Assembly (NCBI GenBank): GCA_026936335.1
Contig: JAPMXV010000057.1
Coordinates: 62,001-126,000 of the forward strand
Reading direction: 5' to 3'
Length of the DNA stretch: 64,000 nt
Origin: Mantamonas sphyraenae STR306
Taxonomy: Eukaryota > Protista > CRuMs
In this document: positions 48,834-58,763 of the stretch, piece by piece
Position numbering within the stretch: position 1 is the first letter of the stretch
Layout: each line of letters starts with the position of its first letter
The notes under the pieces: model-generated
Told to the model about the DNA's origin: nothing
Seen by the model: the letters and a program-made list of their open reading frames with translations, nothing else
The model's database searches: none
Translations under genes and position numbers: made by a program

Positions 48834-49901
48834 CTAACACCCCATGCAGAGTGTGCTGCAGCCAGTCCACCGAAGATCATCACATCCTGTACCCACAGTT
48901 GCGTCCCACGCTCGCACATCGCGATTCGTAGTCATTCGCAGACAGTGCTCGATGGCAAATGGTGTGCACACGTCGACTCGTGCGTAATGCCGCCTGAGCA
49001 TGGCCTTGAGCTTGCTGAACATAAATTCGATTGGATTCAAATGTGGGCTGTACGCGGGCAAGAACTCGACACGCACGCCAAACAATGCACACAGTGTAAG
49101 TACTTCACTTCCCTTGTGGATGCTACAGTTGTCCATCACCAGCATGCGCATGCCCTGTGCTTGCATCCGTGGAAGCAGTTTGAAGCGCAGAAAGTGCACA
49201 AAGTCACGACGTGAGTACGATCCGGTGAGCATGTCGAATGCCACAATGCCATTTCGAGCCCTTGCATTGATAGCTGCCAACAGAGAGATCCGTGACTGGC
49301 GTGCTTGCAAGGCGTGGACAACGGCGTCACAGCCGGCCCGTGCTCGGCCGTACCGTCTCCAGCAAGTGCGATTCTGCACTGCGCTCTCGTCCAGAAACAC
49401 AATGTTGGCCATTGTCATGTCGATGTCGTGCCGCATCAGTCGCTCAAACTCCTGGCGTCGACGACGCACGTGTGCAAGGCTGCGCTCGCGTGGGACAACT
49501 GCACACTGCTTGCGCGTCCATTTCATGCGCTTGAGGGCACGAAAGATGGTTGAAAGAGATGCATGCACATGGCGCTGTTGGAACAGACGGCTCTGCAGCT
49601 CATCGAGGAACAGAGTGCAGTCCACGCGAAGCTCATCCTTCAGGAATGCATCATCAGCTGCTGCAAGCAGTCTTGGACGCCCTCCAGATCTGGGCAAAGG
49701 TGCCACGTGGTTCAGCCGCTGCAGCTGCTTGACATACTTGCGTACCGTGCTGGCTGCAACTTTCCAAATTCGAGCCGTTGCTGCAGCGGAGCGTCCGCTC
49801 TGAATGTGGTCGTCCACCATACGTTGACGCAGTTCCAGTGGAAAGGGATGACCAGGTGTGAACACCCCACCAAGTGAATTCACTTTGGTTTGAACCGGCA
49901 T
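48834..49901 (-). CDS. IS630-Tc1-mariner superfamily DD34E transposase with paired-box-like N-terminal HTH
   Basis: HTH SAAATARIWKVAASTVRKY, GGRPRLL linker, VFLDES (D1), VMDNCSIHK (D2) and FLPAYSPHLNPIE (E); 34 residues between D2 and E. Confidence 0.92.
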   Translation of the reverse strand: MPVQTKVNSLGGVFTPGHPFPLELRQRMVDDHIQSGRSAAATARIWKVAASTVRKYVKQLQRLNHVAPLPRSGGRPRLLAAADDAFLKDELRVDCTLFLDELQSRLFQQRHVHASLSTIFRALKRMKWTRKQCAVVPRERSLAHVRRRRQEFERLMRHDIDMTMANIVFLDESAVQNRTCWRRYGRARAGCDAVVHALQARQSRISLLAAINARARNGIVAFDMLTGSYSRRDFVHFLRFKLLPRMQAQGMRMLVMDNCSIHKGSEVLTLCALFGVRVEFLPAYSPHLNPIEFMFSKLKAMLRRHYARVDVCTPFAIEHCLRMTTNRDVRAWDATVGTGCDDLRWTGCSTLCMGC

Positions 49902-50000
49902 TGTCGTTGTGCAATCGTTTGATTTTCTCGTCGAGCGGAGACGTGTGGAAACACCAAGAACAAAGAAAAGCATGGGTGTGTGGACAGTGAACGTAGCTTG

Positions 50001-50057
50001 TTATATCATGGTGTCCCGTGTTTATGTCATGGTGTCCATCACCGTCCAGGGTGGACC
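50001..50057. repeat. Tandem 16-nt direct repeat TTAT(A/G)TCATGGTGTCC (50001-50016, 50022-50037) plus GTCCA-ggg-TGGAC inverted repeat (50045-50057)
   Basis: Read directly from the sequence, ~100 nt upstream of the transposase ATG; repeat period is 21 nt. Confidence 0.7.
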
Positions 50058-50386
50058 ACCTCTACGCGTGCCAAATCGGAGAGAGCAAAGCTGATTGAAG
50101 AAGATATCGCCATGTGGAACATGCACAGTATGGAATACGACCAAAAAATTGCATTTGAGCTGGAATTAAACGAGCTGGGGTGCATACCAGGGCGTTGCAC
50201 GAAAGAGTCGCTCAATTGAAAACGCCTGAACCAGACCCACTCAGCATGTGTACGAAATCAGTTCCATTTGCAAACGAGCCATGGGTAGGTGTTGTTGTCC
50301 CATGTGTTTTGGTGTGTGATGTTGGGAAGAGGGCGGGTCGCGGTTGATCACCGTCACGCGTGGTTCTTCCAGGCTTCGTGAACAGG

Positions 50387-50632
50387 TCAGCTGCTCCAAA
50401 AGTCCAGGCGCCCTGTCTTGCTGTAGTGGTTGTAGACCATCCAACACAGCCAGGTGATGGCCAGCAACAACTGCAACCGCTTCATGGAGGCTTTGCGCTC
50501 GGCGACGGAACGAGCAAACTCCCGCCTCTGCAGGCGCTCCAACTCCTCCGGGGTCGGGGGGGCATCCTTCTGTACATTCTCGTTGGTGTTGGTGGACGCT
50601 TTGTTGCCTCTGCGTCGCCCTTGTTTGGCCAT
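50387..50632 (-). CDS. Small single-pass membrane protein
   Basis: MAKQGRRRG..ELERLQRREFARS followed by hydrophobic LLLAITWLCWMVY. Confidence 0.5.
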   Translation of the reverse strand: MAKQGRRRGNKASTNTNENVQKDAPPTPEELERLQRREFARSVAERKASMKRLQLLLAITWLCWMVYNHYSKTGRLDFWSS

Positions 50633-50705
50633 GGATGCGTGTGTTGGGCTGCGCACCTGAGCGCACAGGAGCTACGCGCACCCGCATCCATCTCGATGAG
50701 GCTGC

Positions 50706-52040
50706 ATGTCCAGCCGCAAACACAAGTACATGACCCGATTGGCCAAGGCCACCCATGGTGTGTGGGACGACGCAGGCACACGCGACAATGTCACACAGTC
50801 TGCAGACACCGGCAACGAGCCACACGGCTCCATGAAACGTCCGCGTCCAGAGGAAAACGAGGTGTCTGACGATCCGCTCGAAATGGGTGACGAAGATCCT
50901 GAGGAGGTGCACGTCGTGCCTCTTCGCCATCGCTCGACCCTGAGCGTGCCGGAGCTCACAGATCTCTTTCTGGGGCTGGAGACACATCCGATGCTGTCGT
51001 CCACGACATGGAATACGCTACATGCAGATTATGACGACGGCTTTGTGTTTGCGGAAGCGTTTGCGCCGGAACGCAAGAGGGTGGGTGCGAGTCAGGATTC
51101 TTCCTCGTCCGCAGCGCCCGATCCCACGTTGCAAAGCATGGCACAGTTCGAAAACGTGTACAGCAGTGTGTTGCATTCCCAGGTGCCCTCCATCACATCG
51201 CTTCTGGCCAGCACCGACCATAACTATGGTGGACGGGAGATGCCGATGGCCAGGCAGGGCACGGTACAGCCACATGAAGGGGTGCAACACACAAACACGC
51301 CTGTCCGTAGCCTGCTTCATGCAGTTGAAAGGCCACACACGATCGCTGGTCTCGAGAGAGACGAAGATGGACGCATGGTATTGCCTCGGAAGCCGTGTGA
51401 GACGCTGGACTACTGCTCGTGTTGTCACTCGTCCAAGAAGGTCACCCTCCTGTGCCTGGCAGGTCTTGTGTTGTATCCCCATTTGAGCGTGGTGGTGGAC
51501 AGCTGGGGCACGTGTGCCAACGTGACGGACATGTGTCGGGTGGAGGTCTTGGACGACCATGTTTACATGAGTATGCACAAAGGCCAGTTGGAGCTCGTGG
51601 GGGGATTCGTACGCCAACAGAGTCGTATGTACGTGATTGGGTTTGATGCAAAGAGCAAAAAGGCCAGCAAGCGGCACTGGAGGCTGAGAAAGCGCAGGAA
51701 GCGGTTCTACGACGACGACGACGACGACGACGACCAGGACCAGGATACAGAGGCCAAGAGGGAAATGGAAAGGGCCTCGGATACGATGCATCGAACCATG
51801 AGGCGACTGCGGGACGACAACACCGGGTTTGATTACGATGGCTCGTCAGAACACACCTCCATCGATCTGGAAAACCTGGCCAGAGCACTCGACCACACAG
51901 GGTGGCCTGAGCGAGCGGCCCTGATACGTGAAGTGGCAACAGAGATGCTTGCGCTCCGAGACGTGGTGGATGAGCAAGAAAGGGGAGAAAGTGACAAAGA
52001 CGAATCTGAAGACAGCGAATCGGAAGATGAGGCTGCGTGA
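50706..52040 (+). CDS. Uncharacterised intronless protein (444 aa) with C-x5-C-x-CCH cluster and basic NLS-like stretch
   Basis: Long ATG-initiated ORF containing PCETLDYCSCCH and KKASKRHWRLRKRRKR plus acidic tracts. Confidence 0.6.
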   Translation: MSSRKHKYMTRLAKATHGVWDDAGTRDNVTQSADTGNEPHGSMKRPRPEENEVSDDPLEMGDEDPEEVHVVPLRHRSTLSVPELTDLFLGLETHPMLSSTTWNTLHADYDDGFVFAEAFAPERKRVGASQDSSSSAAPDPTLQSMAQFENVYSSVLHSQVPSITSLLASTDHNYGGREMPMARQGTVQPHEGVQHTNTPVRSLLHAVERPHTIAGLERDEDGRMVLPRKPCETLDYCSCCHSSKKVTLLCLAGLVLYPHLSVVVDSWGTCANVTDMCRVEVLDDHVYMSMHKGQLELVGGFVRQQSRMYVIGFDAKSKKASKRHWRLRKRRKRFYDDDDDDDDQDQDTEAKREMERASDTMHRTMRRLRDDNTGFDYDGSSEHTSIDLENLARALDHTGWPERAALIREVATEMLALRDVVDEQERGESDKDESEDSESEDEAA

Positions 52041-52083
52041 TGTCAACCACGACAAATCAACACACACACACACACATCCATCC

Positions 52084-53099
52084 ATGACATCGTTGCAAAC
52101 TCCATTGCGCGTGGTTGACGATGACGCGTGGGACGAGGAATACGACGGCGAACGAGAGGAGGTTGCGCAACCGGAGCTGAGTTGGGCTGTGGAACTGCAG
52201 GCGCCCACGCCAACGGTGAAACAACTGCTGGTGTGCACAACCAAGGCAGCTTCAAGCCTGATGCACGCATACTTCAAGGACGATCTGGTGCTGGTGGGCT
52301 CCATTTCGCTTCAGGATGTGAGCGTGGAGCACGGAGACAAGCCGGACATCAACGCCGCCACCTGCGGCCTCTACACGCTTGACTCGGCCGGAGGCGACGA
52401 CATTTCCTCGGGAGGCACTGGCACTCTGCTGGCTCTGCTGCAGTACGATGTGTCCGAGGACCAGAGCAACGTGTTTGCCAAGCAGCTGGTGGAAGCCGTG
52501 GCGACGGAATCGTGCGTTGCGCTGCGCCCTTTCCCCCCCCCCTCTGCGTTCCGACTGCACACACCCATGCACACAGTTGCTCACACACCCACTCCTCTTC
52601 CAATGGACCACACCACAGCGTCACCGTTCTCACCACCATCCCTGATTTTGCGTACAAGCCACCCGTGCACGGCGAAGAGGCCTCGTTTGGCGAGCTCACC
52701 ACAGGCTTCCTGCGCGTGCTCCACACAGGCACCTACTTTGATGACGACAAACGCAGCCAGGTATGTTGCCACATGCACAGCAGTGCAATGACATGTCCCT
52801 GCACCCTCACACACTTACACACTTTCACTCGCATACAGTTTTGCGACAGTCTGGAGTCACCCAACATGCTCACTGGCCCCAGTGCGTCCTTGCTCACCCG
52901 TTGTTTGATCAACAGCGTGCCCTGTGCGGTGTACGTGAGCGTGGAGGACCGCAGGTTGCTCAACGTCGACACCCTCGTCGCCCTACAGCCCGTCCTGGAT
53001 GCCCTCGGGTACCAGAGCAAGCAGAAGGACATTGGACAGGCGTACAGCGATGTCCTACGTTCCATGCGCACTCGAGTGCTGTCCTCCTTGTACCTGTAA
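52084..53099 (+). CDS. PSMG1: Proteasome assembly chaperone 1 (PAC1)-like (exons ~52084-52512, 52619-52760, 52839-53099)
   Basis: RVVDDDAWDEE N-terminus, FLRVLHT, LESPNMLTGPSASLLTRC and C-terminal ..SSLYL* HbYX-like end. Confidence 0.7.
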
Positions 53100-53225
53100 T
53101 CCAAGTACGGCTTCGATTCATTCTCTCCATTCTCATTTGATCCCCATCCCCTCCCCCCCTCGCCTGTCCAAATCCCCTCTTTCTGTTGGTGTGCACATGC
53201 ACACAAGTTGTGTCTTCTTGACGAG

Positions 53226-53948
53226 TCACTGTGCCCCTGTGGCTGTGTCGAGGAGGGTGCGGATCTCGCGAATGGTCGCCATACTGGCAAGCCTGTTCTC
53301 CTCGCCTGTGAGCTGCTTGAACAGCTTCTCCTGTCCCCATTCACTCCATGAATTCTGCGCTGCCTTGTGTTCCATCCTCAGGATCCAGTCTTGAAGGTAT
53401 TTGGAAATAAGCTCCAGCGATTCCTTGTCCGTCTCATCCGTCACTTTGATGTCCGTCAGCGTCTCCACAATCTCTTGGTTCATCTCCTGTGTGGAGTGCC
53501 ATGCGTGCCATGCGTAGTACGTGTGTGTGTGCGTGTTTGTTGTGTGTTGTGTGTCCCCTGTCAGCGTTCCGCTGTGTTTGTGCGCTTCCCCTCGCTCGCG
53601 AGGGAAGCTTTGCCCACACACTTTCCTCACAACGACGCCTCTCTACAGCCACCCAGGCAGATGTGACGCTTGCGGTTGGTGCAAGGACTGCCGTGGTGCA
53701 TTGCAGTCCCAACCCGCTCATCCACTCACCTGAAACTCGCGGTATGTCTCGCCCATGCCCGTGGAAAGGCTGGCTGAGAACAGAGGCATGGCCGTCTCCA
53801 CCATGGACTTGACCTCCGTCAACACCCTCTGCACTCGTTCATCATCGCTGCTGCGTTCCTCCACTGCCGCCAACAACGCCTCAAAGATGTCCTGCGTGTG
53901 GCAATCCGCCACGTCAAAGTAGTGCCCCTGTGTGTCCTCGCTGCTCAT
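53226..53948 (-). CDS. Uncharacterised helical protein (2 exons, ~53948-53730 and ~53487-53226)
   Basis: Two coding-like ORF segments joined by a CAG|GTGAGT donor and CACAG acceptor. Confidence 0.55.
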
Positions 53949-54171
53949 CTCTCCAGGCTGTTTGCACAAGTTTGCGTTTGGCCCCACACCCGCACCACAG
54001 TCACACACACATACCCACATGCACACTCAAGTGCATTGGCAACCCCAAATGGCAATCACAAACACGGACAACAACACCCATCCATCCATTCTCCCATGCG
54101 ATGTGTGGTCTTCATTCTCTTCTCAACGGCTGCTTTGATGCCTCTGCGTCAAAACAACGCTCCGCATTCGC

Positions 54172-54693
54172 CTACTCGCTGATCTGGACCTTTGTCGTGT
54201 CACTGTAGGGTTTGACATCTGCCTCTGGATGGCTGGGTTGGATGTCTGTGTCGAGGAGGTCGGCGACGATGGACGGGTGCTTGCAGACAATGACCGGGCA
54301 CGGGGCCGACTTCATCAATTTGTCGATCACACTGCTGTGGAGGATGTTGGAGAGCAAACCCCGCTTGAGCTGAGCACATACAATGTAATCGATGTCCTCC
54401 TGCTTGGCCACCTCGCACAGCTGCTCGTCCACAGGCTCGGGAAAGGCTTCGCGAATCTCACACTCCGAGTCGACCCCGTCTTGCGTCAGCCGCCAGCGGA
54501 TTTCGTCCATCAGTTCCACAAACACGCTCATTTCCTTTTCCGTGGCCGAACTCATCTGCATGTCTTCGTACTGCATCACAGGCACCACCTGCATCACCAG
54601 CATCGAGTCCCCAGGACGCATCAGAGACAACGCGTCTTCCACCGCATAGTGTGACTCTCGGCTCCCATTGACTGCCACAAGGAAGCGGCTCAT
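54172..54693 (-). CDS. Universal stress protein (UspA) family
   Basis: RFLVAVNGSRESHYAV..QLCEVAKQEDIDYIV..RGLLSNILHSSVIDKLMKSAPCPVIVCK. Confidence 0.85.
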   Translation of the reverse strand: MSRFLVAVNGSRESHYAVEDALSLMRPGDSMLVMQVVPVMQYEDMQMSSATEKEMSVFVELMDEIRWRLTQDGVDSECEIREAFPEPVDEQLCEVAKQEDIDYIVCAQLKRGLLSNILHSSVIDKLMKSAPCPVIVCKHPSIVADLLDTDIQPSHPEADVKPYSDTTKVQISE

Positions 54694-55189
54694 GAGGGAA
54701 GGGAGGGTTGGTTGGTTGGGGGAGAGGGGATTTGGGGGTGAAAGGAGGACGAGGGTGTTGCTTTGGGTCGGCCACGGCAATGACTCACAGAAGCATCCTT
54801 TGGACTGCTGTGGAGCTTCGTGGCCTGGCGAGGAGGATACCACACGCAAAGGAGGCTCGCAGACTGCGTCGTATGGCCCATGAGATCGAAAAAGTGAGCG
54901 GAGGAGTCTGTGTGTGTGTGTGTGTGGGTTCAATCTCCCTTGCCCTTGCTAACCCCCCTTTCCCCCTTGTTTATGGTCCCACAGCAATCTCGAAACGTGA
55001 CACCAACCTCCGCCAAGAACGAATTGCGTCTGCGTGACATCCATCAATTGGGCAGAAGGGTTGTCCAAGGCGTGTATTCACGCTGGCAGAAGCGAGACGC
55101 TGATGGGGTCTTTGTTCGACGCCGCTCCCCCCAGAGCAGCAGCAACGACTGAAATGAAAACGTTTACATTTTTTTGGCTTCCAACTGTG

Positions 55190-55912
55190 TCACAGGTTCT
55201 CATCCATCTCAAACAGCATCGTGTAGTGTCTCCTGCGTTCACGCTCGCGAAGGACTTCGTTGACAACGCCGCTGAGGAGGCCGACCACCACTCCAATGGG
55301 CAACAAGTCCATCTCCATCTGCTTCATGCGTCTGCTGCGCAACCCTGCGTCCTCCACATCCAATGCACCAAACAGCAGGCCGTACACACAGCCCAGGACT
55401 GTGGACGTCACGGCCACGAGGGCCACCTGGACGGGCGATTTCACAAGCGGTTCAAACTCGTAGCTGGGGCAAAAGCAGGTGAAGTAGCCCATGTTGAGGA
55501 ATTCCGTGAGGGTAAAGATGACGCTGAACGACAGGGAGCTGCCGAGAAAGGCAAAGAACACCGTCTTTGTGCCCGGGGAAATCGACCGCGCGTCGACAAC
55601 AAAACAGCCCACGGCGCTCAGCAGGACGATGATGGCAAAGACCAACACCGCCAAACGACGCCAACTTGACTCGTAGGTCGCACCGCATGTGGATCGCCAC
55701 ATGAGAGAGGCACCCATGGAGACGAGGGAAAGGCCAAACAGCACCGCAAAGATCGCACTGTGGCTGATTTCCATCAACGAACTGGCAATCATTTCACCCA
55801 CCCCCACCGCAATCAAAGCGCCCCACAGGCCGCTGATGAGGATTCGTCCTCCCAGCTGCATGTGTGAGGGGGAGGGGGGGGGCGGTTTGAGTTGGCACCA
55901 TCTGGGCATCAT
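55190..55912 (-). CDS. Uncharacterised multi-pass membrane protein
   Basis: About 6 hydrophobic helices in a 241-aa ORF; probably has a short 5' intron. Confidence 0.65.
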   Translation of the reverse strand: MMPRWCQLKPPPPSPSHMQLGGRILISGLWGALIAVGVGEMIASSLMEISHSAIFAVLFGLSLVSMGASLMWRSTCGATYESSWRRLAVLVFAIIVLLSAVGCFVVDARSISPGTKTVFFAFLGSSLSFSVIFTLTEFLNMGYFTCFCPSYEFEPLVKSPVQVALVAVTSTVLGCVYGLLFGALDVEDAGLRSRRMKQMEMDLLPIGVVVGLLSGVVNEVLRERERRRHYTMLFEMDENL

Positions 55913-55929
55913 CACTGTGAAGGTGCTCT

Positions 55930-58665
55930 CTATTCGATCATGCCAAACAGATCCTCCTCGTCTGCATCTGCACCGGTGTCCTTCGCACTGCTCTGTTCCT
56001 CCTCCATGGCATCCTTGGCGTCTCCGGCCAGAAAGGCAGCACTGGCCTCTGCGCTGACATCGGAATCGTCCGTTTCTGCGCTGCTGATCAGAGACACCTT
56101 TGCCTCGACAACCATGGTCCAGAAACCCGACTTGCGTCCCGTGCTAAAGGTCCTCTTGAGCTCTCGCAGAAAGGCATTGAAGCTGGCCGCCTCCATGTTC
56201 ATCAGGCAGCCCTTGCGCAATGCCTGCAGGCACTCCAATGCCTTGCCATACATGCGGTCCTTCACACTGCGCTCCACCAGGCTCTGCACCAACGCCTGCA
56301 TCTGCTCAATGGCAGTTTCCACAAAGTCACCGTCCCGTCGCTCCAGCATTGCCTCAAAGTCCTCGACTGGCGTGGTCTGCGACACGTGATCAGCCTTTCC
56401 CTTTTCCAGATCGCCGATCTTCAGCATGGAAGACGAGGACGACGAGGACGAAGACGTGCTCGTTGTCATGCTGGCCAGCTGCGCTTCGTCCATGTCATCG
56501 CCATGGCCCACCTTTTGCCGTTTGCTGCTCTGAGCCTCAACCTCCATTGCTGATGACGATGATGATGATGAACTGCTGCGCACATCCTTCTCGCCCTGAG
56601 GCAGCAAACGCACTTCAGAGGCTTGGTCGCTGTCCTTCCAGTACCTGCGCTTGTGTGACTGCTCCTCACGCACCTGCTGTTTGACGGGAAAGGCGTTGGC
56701 AAACCGCTCGAGCTGTGCCTTGGCTTCCTGGAGCATCTCTTCATCCGGACGGCTGTACGACGCAATGTACGGGTCCAATTGAGGCAGAGGTTCGTCGGGC
56801 TTCATGGCACGATGGTGCAGACACTGGTAAAAGTGCTGGAGGACCGGGTTGAACGTCTCACGCACACGCAGCTGTTCGTCCACGTCCCCGTCCTCATCCA
56901 CAGGCTGCAAATCCATGGCATGGATGAGTTCTTCGGCCGCTGCCATCTGATCGATGGTGGGTGGCTCGTACGAGGCGTCGCCCTGGCCAAACGGCTCAAA
57001 TGTGTACGAGCGCAGATCCTCCGAGTAGGGCAGCGAGTTGAAGAACAGACACTCGTAGTCCGGTTTGATGTGTGGCCACATGAGACCCAACACAGGATGG
57101 TCGCTCTTGTCCGTTTTTACCCAACGCACAATGGCTACGTGATCCAACTCGGCCATGGCGTGGATGAGCGCACTGACAGCCTGTTCCGCCTCCCCGTTGC
57201 CCTCCTCGGGCACAAAGCAGTAGCATTCGCCCATAAAGTGGTGCCTTTTGATGGCTTTCATGGGCGAAAAGAACAACAACTGCATGCCCTTGTTGTCCTG
57301 GAAGTGCATGGCATCCACATCGGCCTGGCTCATCGGCACCAACTCCTTGCCGTAGTAGTACCCCTTTACCTTTTCACTTGCATCCAAGGGTGTCTTGGAT
57401 GCATCGCTGGCCACGTAGTACACCCTGTCACGCGTCACCTTGGCACTGCTGCTCGCATCGGCTTCCAGTGCTGGCTTGCTCAGTTTCTTCATCGTCGGAA
57501 ACTTGGCTGTGGATGTCTTCACATACCCCTGCACGGGCAACCCGACGTTGGGTCCAATGCTCAGCATGCCCGAGAACGCAGGGCGTTGCAGCACACTCTT
57601 CATGCGCAGGCTGGAGATGATCTCGATGGCCTCCGTGCAGGCAATCACCTGCCCGTTCACCTTGCTGACCATCTCGTGCAGCAGCGCTTCGTTGTCAATC
57701 TTGGCCTGCGGTTTGTCCACAGGCACCTTGGCCGACTCTTCGTCATCCACGTCCGTAAAATCGAGGCCGCTGCGGACGGTTGTCGTTGTGGTGTAAAAAG
57801 AGGCGAGTCAGGCTTCGTATCCAGCACAGCGGACACCCGGGGCAATGTGCGTGCACTTACATCACATTGACAGAAAAGTCCAGTTCCACCATTTTGTCCA
57901 GTACCTGCTTGAGATCCTGCGGCGCGTCCACTGGCGAGGCGGCGTCGGTGATCAGGAACACACGCTTTTGGTACTGCCTCTTCTCTGTGCGCTCGATGAT
58001 CATGTGCACAGCCACCACCAGGGCGTCCACCACTGCGGTGTCATCAAGCAGTGTGCACCATGACGTGTTTATGTGTGTCCAGGCCGTGTGTGAGGTGCAT
58101 GCCGGCGGCGTGTTTGTGCGCGAAGGCGAGGGTCAGAAAAAGTCGACGCAAAACGACTCGCTCACCCATCACCAGGCCTCCACAGCGTGTGTGCCCTGCC
58201 TCTCACACCCTGGTTCCAAACATACAGTCTCCTACATGGCCGCACTGCTGTTCCTCCGGGATGGTGGGGATGGATTTGAGCAGATCCAGGGTGGGTTTGG
58301 CAATCGGCGCGTGCACAACCACGTTGTCGTACCCGGAATCGTCCAACGGGTTGTCCTTGTCTGCAACAACACACCCGCATGCGTGTGAGCGTGTGGACAC
58401 ACACACACACACACACCCATACCCACGCACCCGCAGGTTCTTTCCATCTCCCTCCCTGCTCCAGGGGCAATCACTCACTGTGTGTGCCAAACAACACGAC
58501 CCCGATCTCGTCCTGCTTGGTAAACATGAGCTTCTGCTGGATGAGCATGTAGCACGCCTTGAGCGCATGGTCCAAACGGGTGGGGGACACCCCTTGCATC
58601 ATGCTGGAGCTCACATCCACCACCAGCACCGCTGCCTCCTTGGTCGGCTTCTTCTTGGCCGGCAT
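55930..58665 (-). CDS. XRCC5: Ku80 (NHEJ DNA end-binding subunit; multi-exon)
   Basis: vWA AAVLVVDVSSSM, DEIGVVLFGT, KGYYYGKELVP, SALIHAMAELDHVAIVRWV, LPYSEDLR, FNPVLQHFYQC, C-terminal YGKALECLQALR and EEDLFGMIE. Confidence 0.93.
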
Positions 58666-58763
58666 CTCTGTGTTCCTGTTGCATCGCACAGCGCACACAC
58701 ATGCTGACCCATCATCATGATATTGATCCAGCACACATCCGTTCATTGATCCAAATGGGCCCT

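Larger units (their letters stand above)
42440..50060 (-). mobile_element. Putative Mariner/IS630-Fanzor composite transposon (ends not resolved)
   Basis: Co-oriented transposase, Fanzor gene and downstream structured RNA lying between host genes. No convincing TIR pair or TA target duplication was found by eye. Confidence 0.55.

Noticed and set aside
49980-50219. 79-aa + strand ORF next to the transposase as a gene
   Set aside because: It has a non-ATG start, overlaps the direct repeats and has no recognisable motif.
42440-50240. 9-bp direct repeat CAGACCCAC at 42440-42448 and 50232-50240 as a target-site duplication
   Set aside because: Tc1/mariner elements duplicate TA, and the sequences just inside the two copies are not inverted repeats. 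It may be chance, so it was not used to define the ends.
55930-58665. Functional linkage of Ku80 or the PARP gene with the Fanzor element
   Set aside because: They are separated by unrelated housekeeping genes; proximity in a compact eukaryotic genome is not evidence of linkage.
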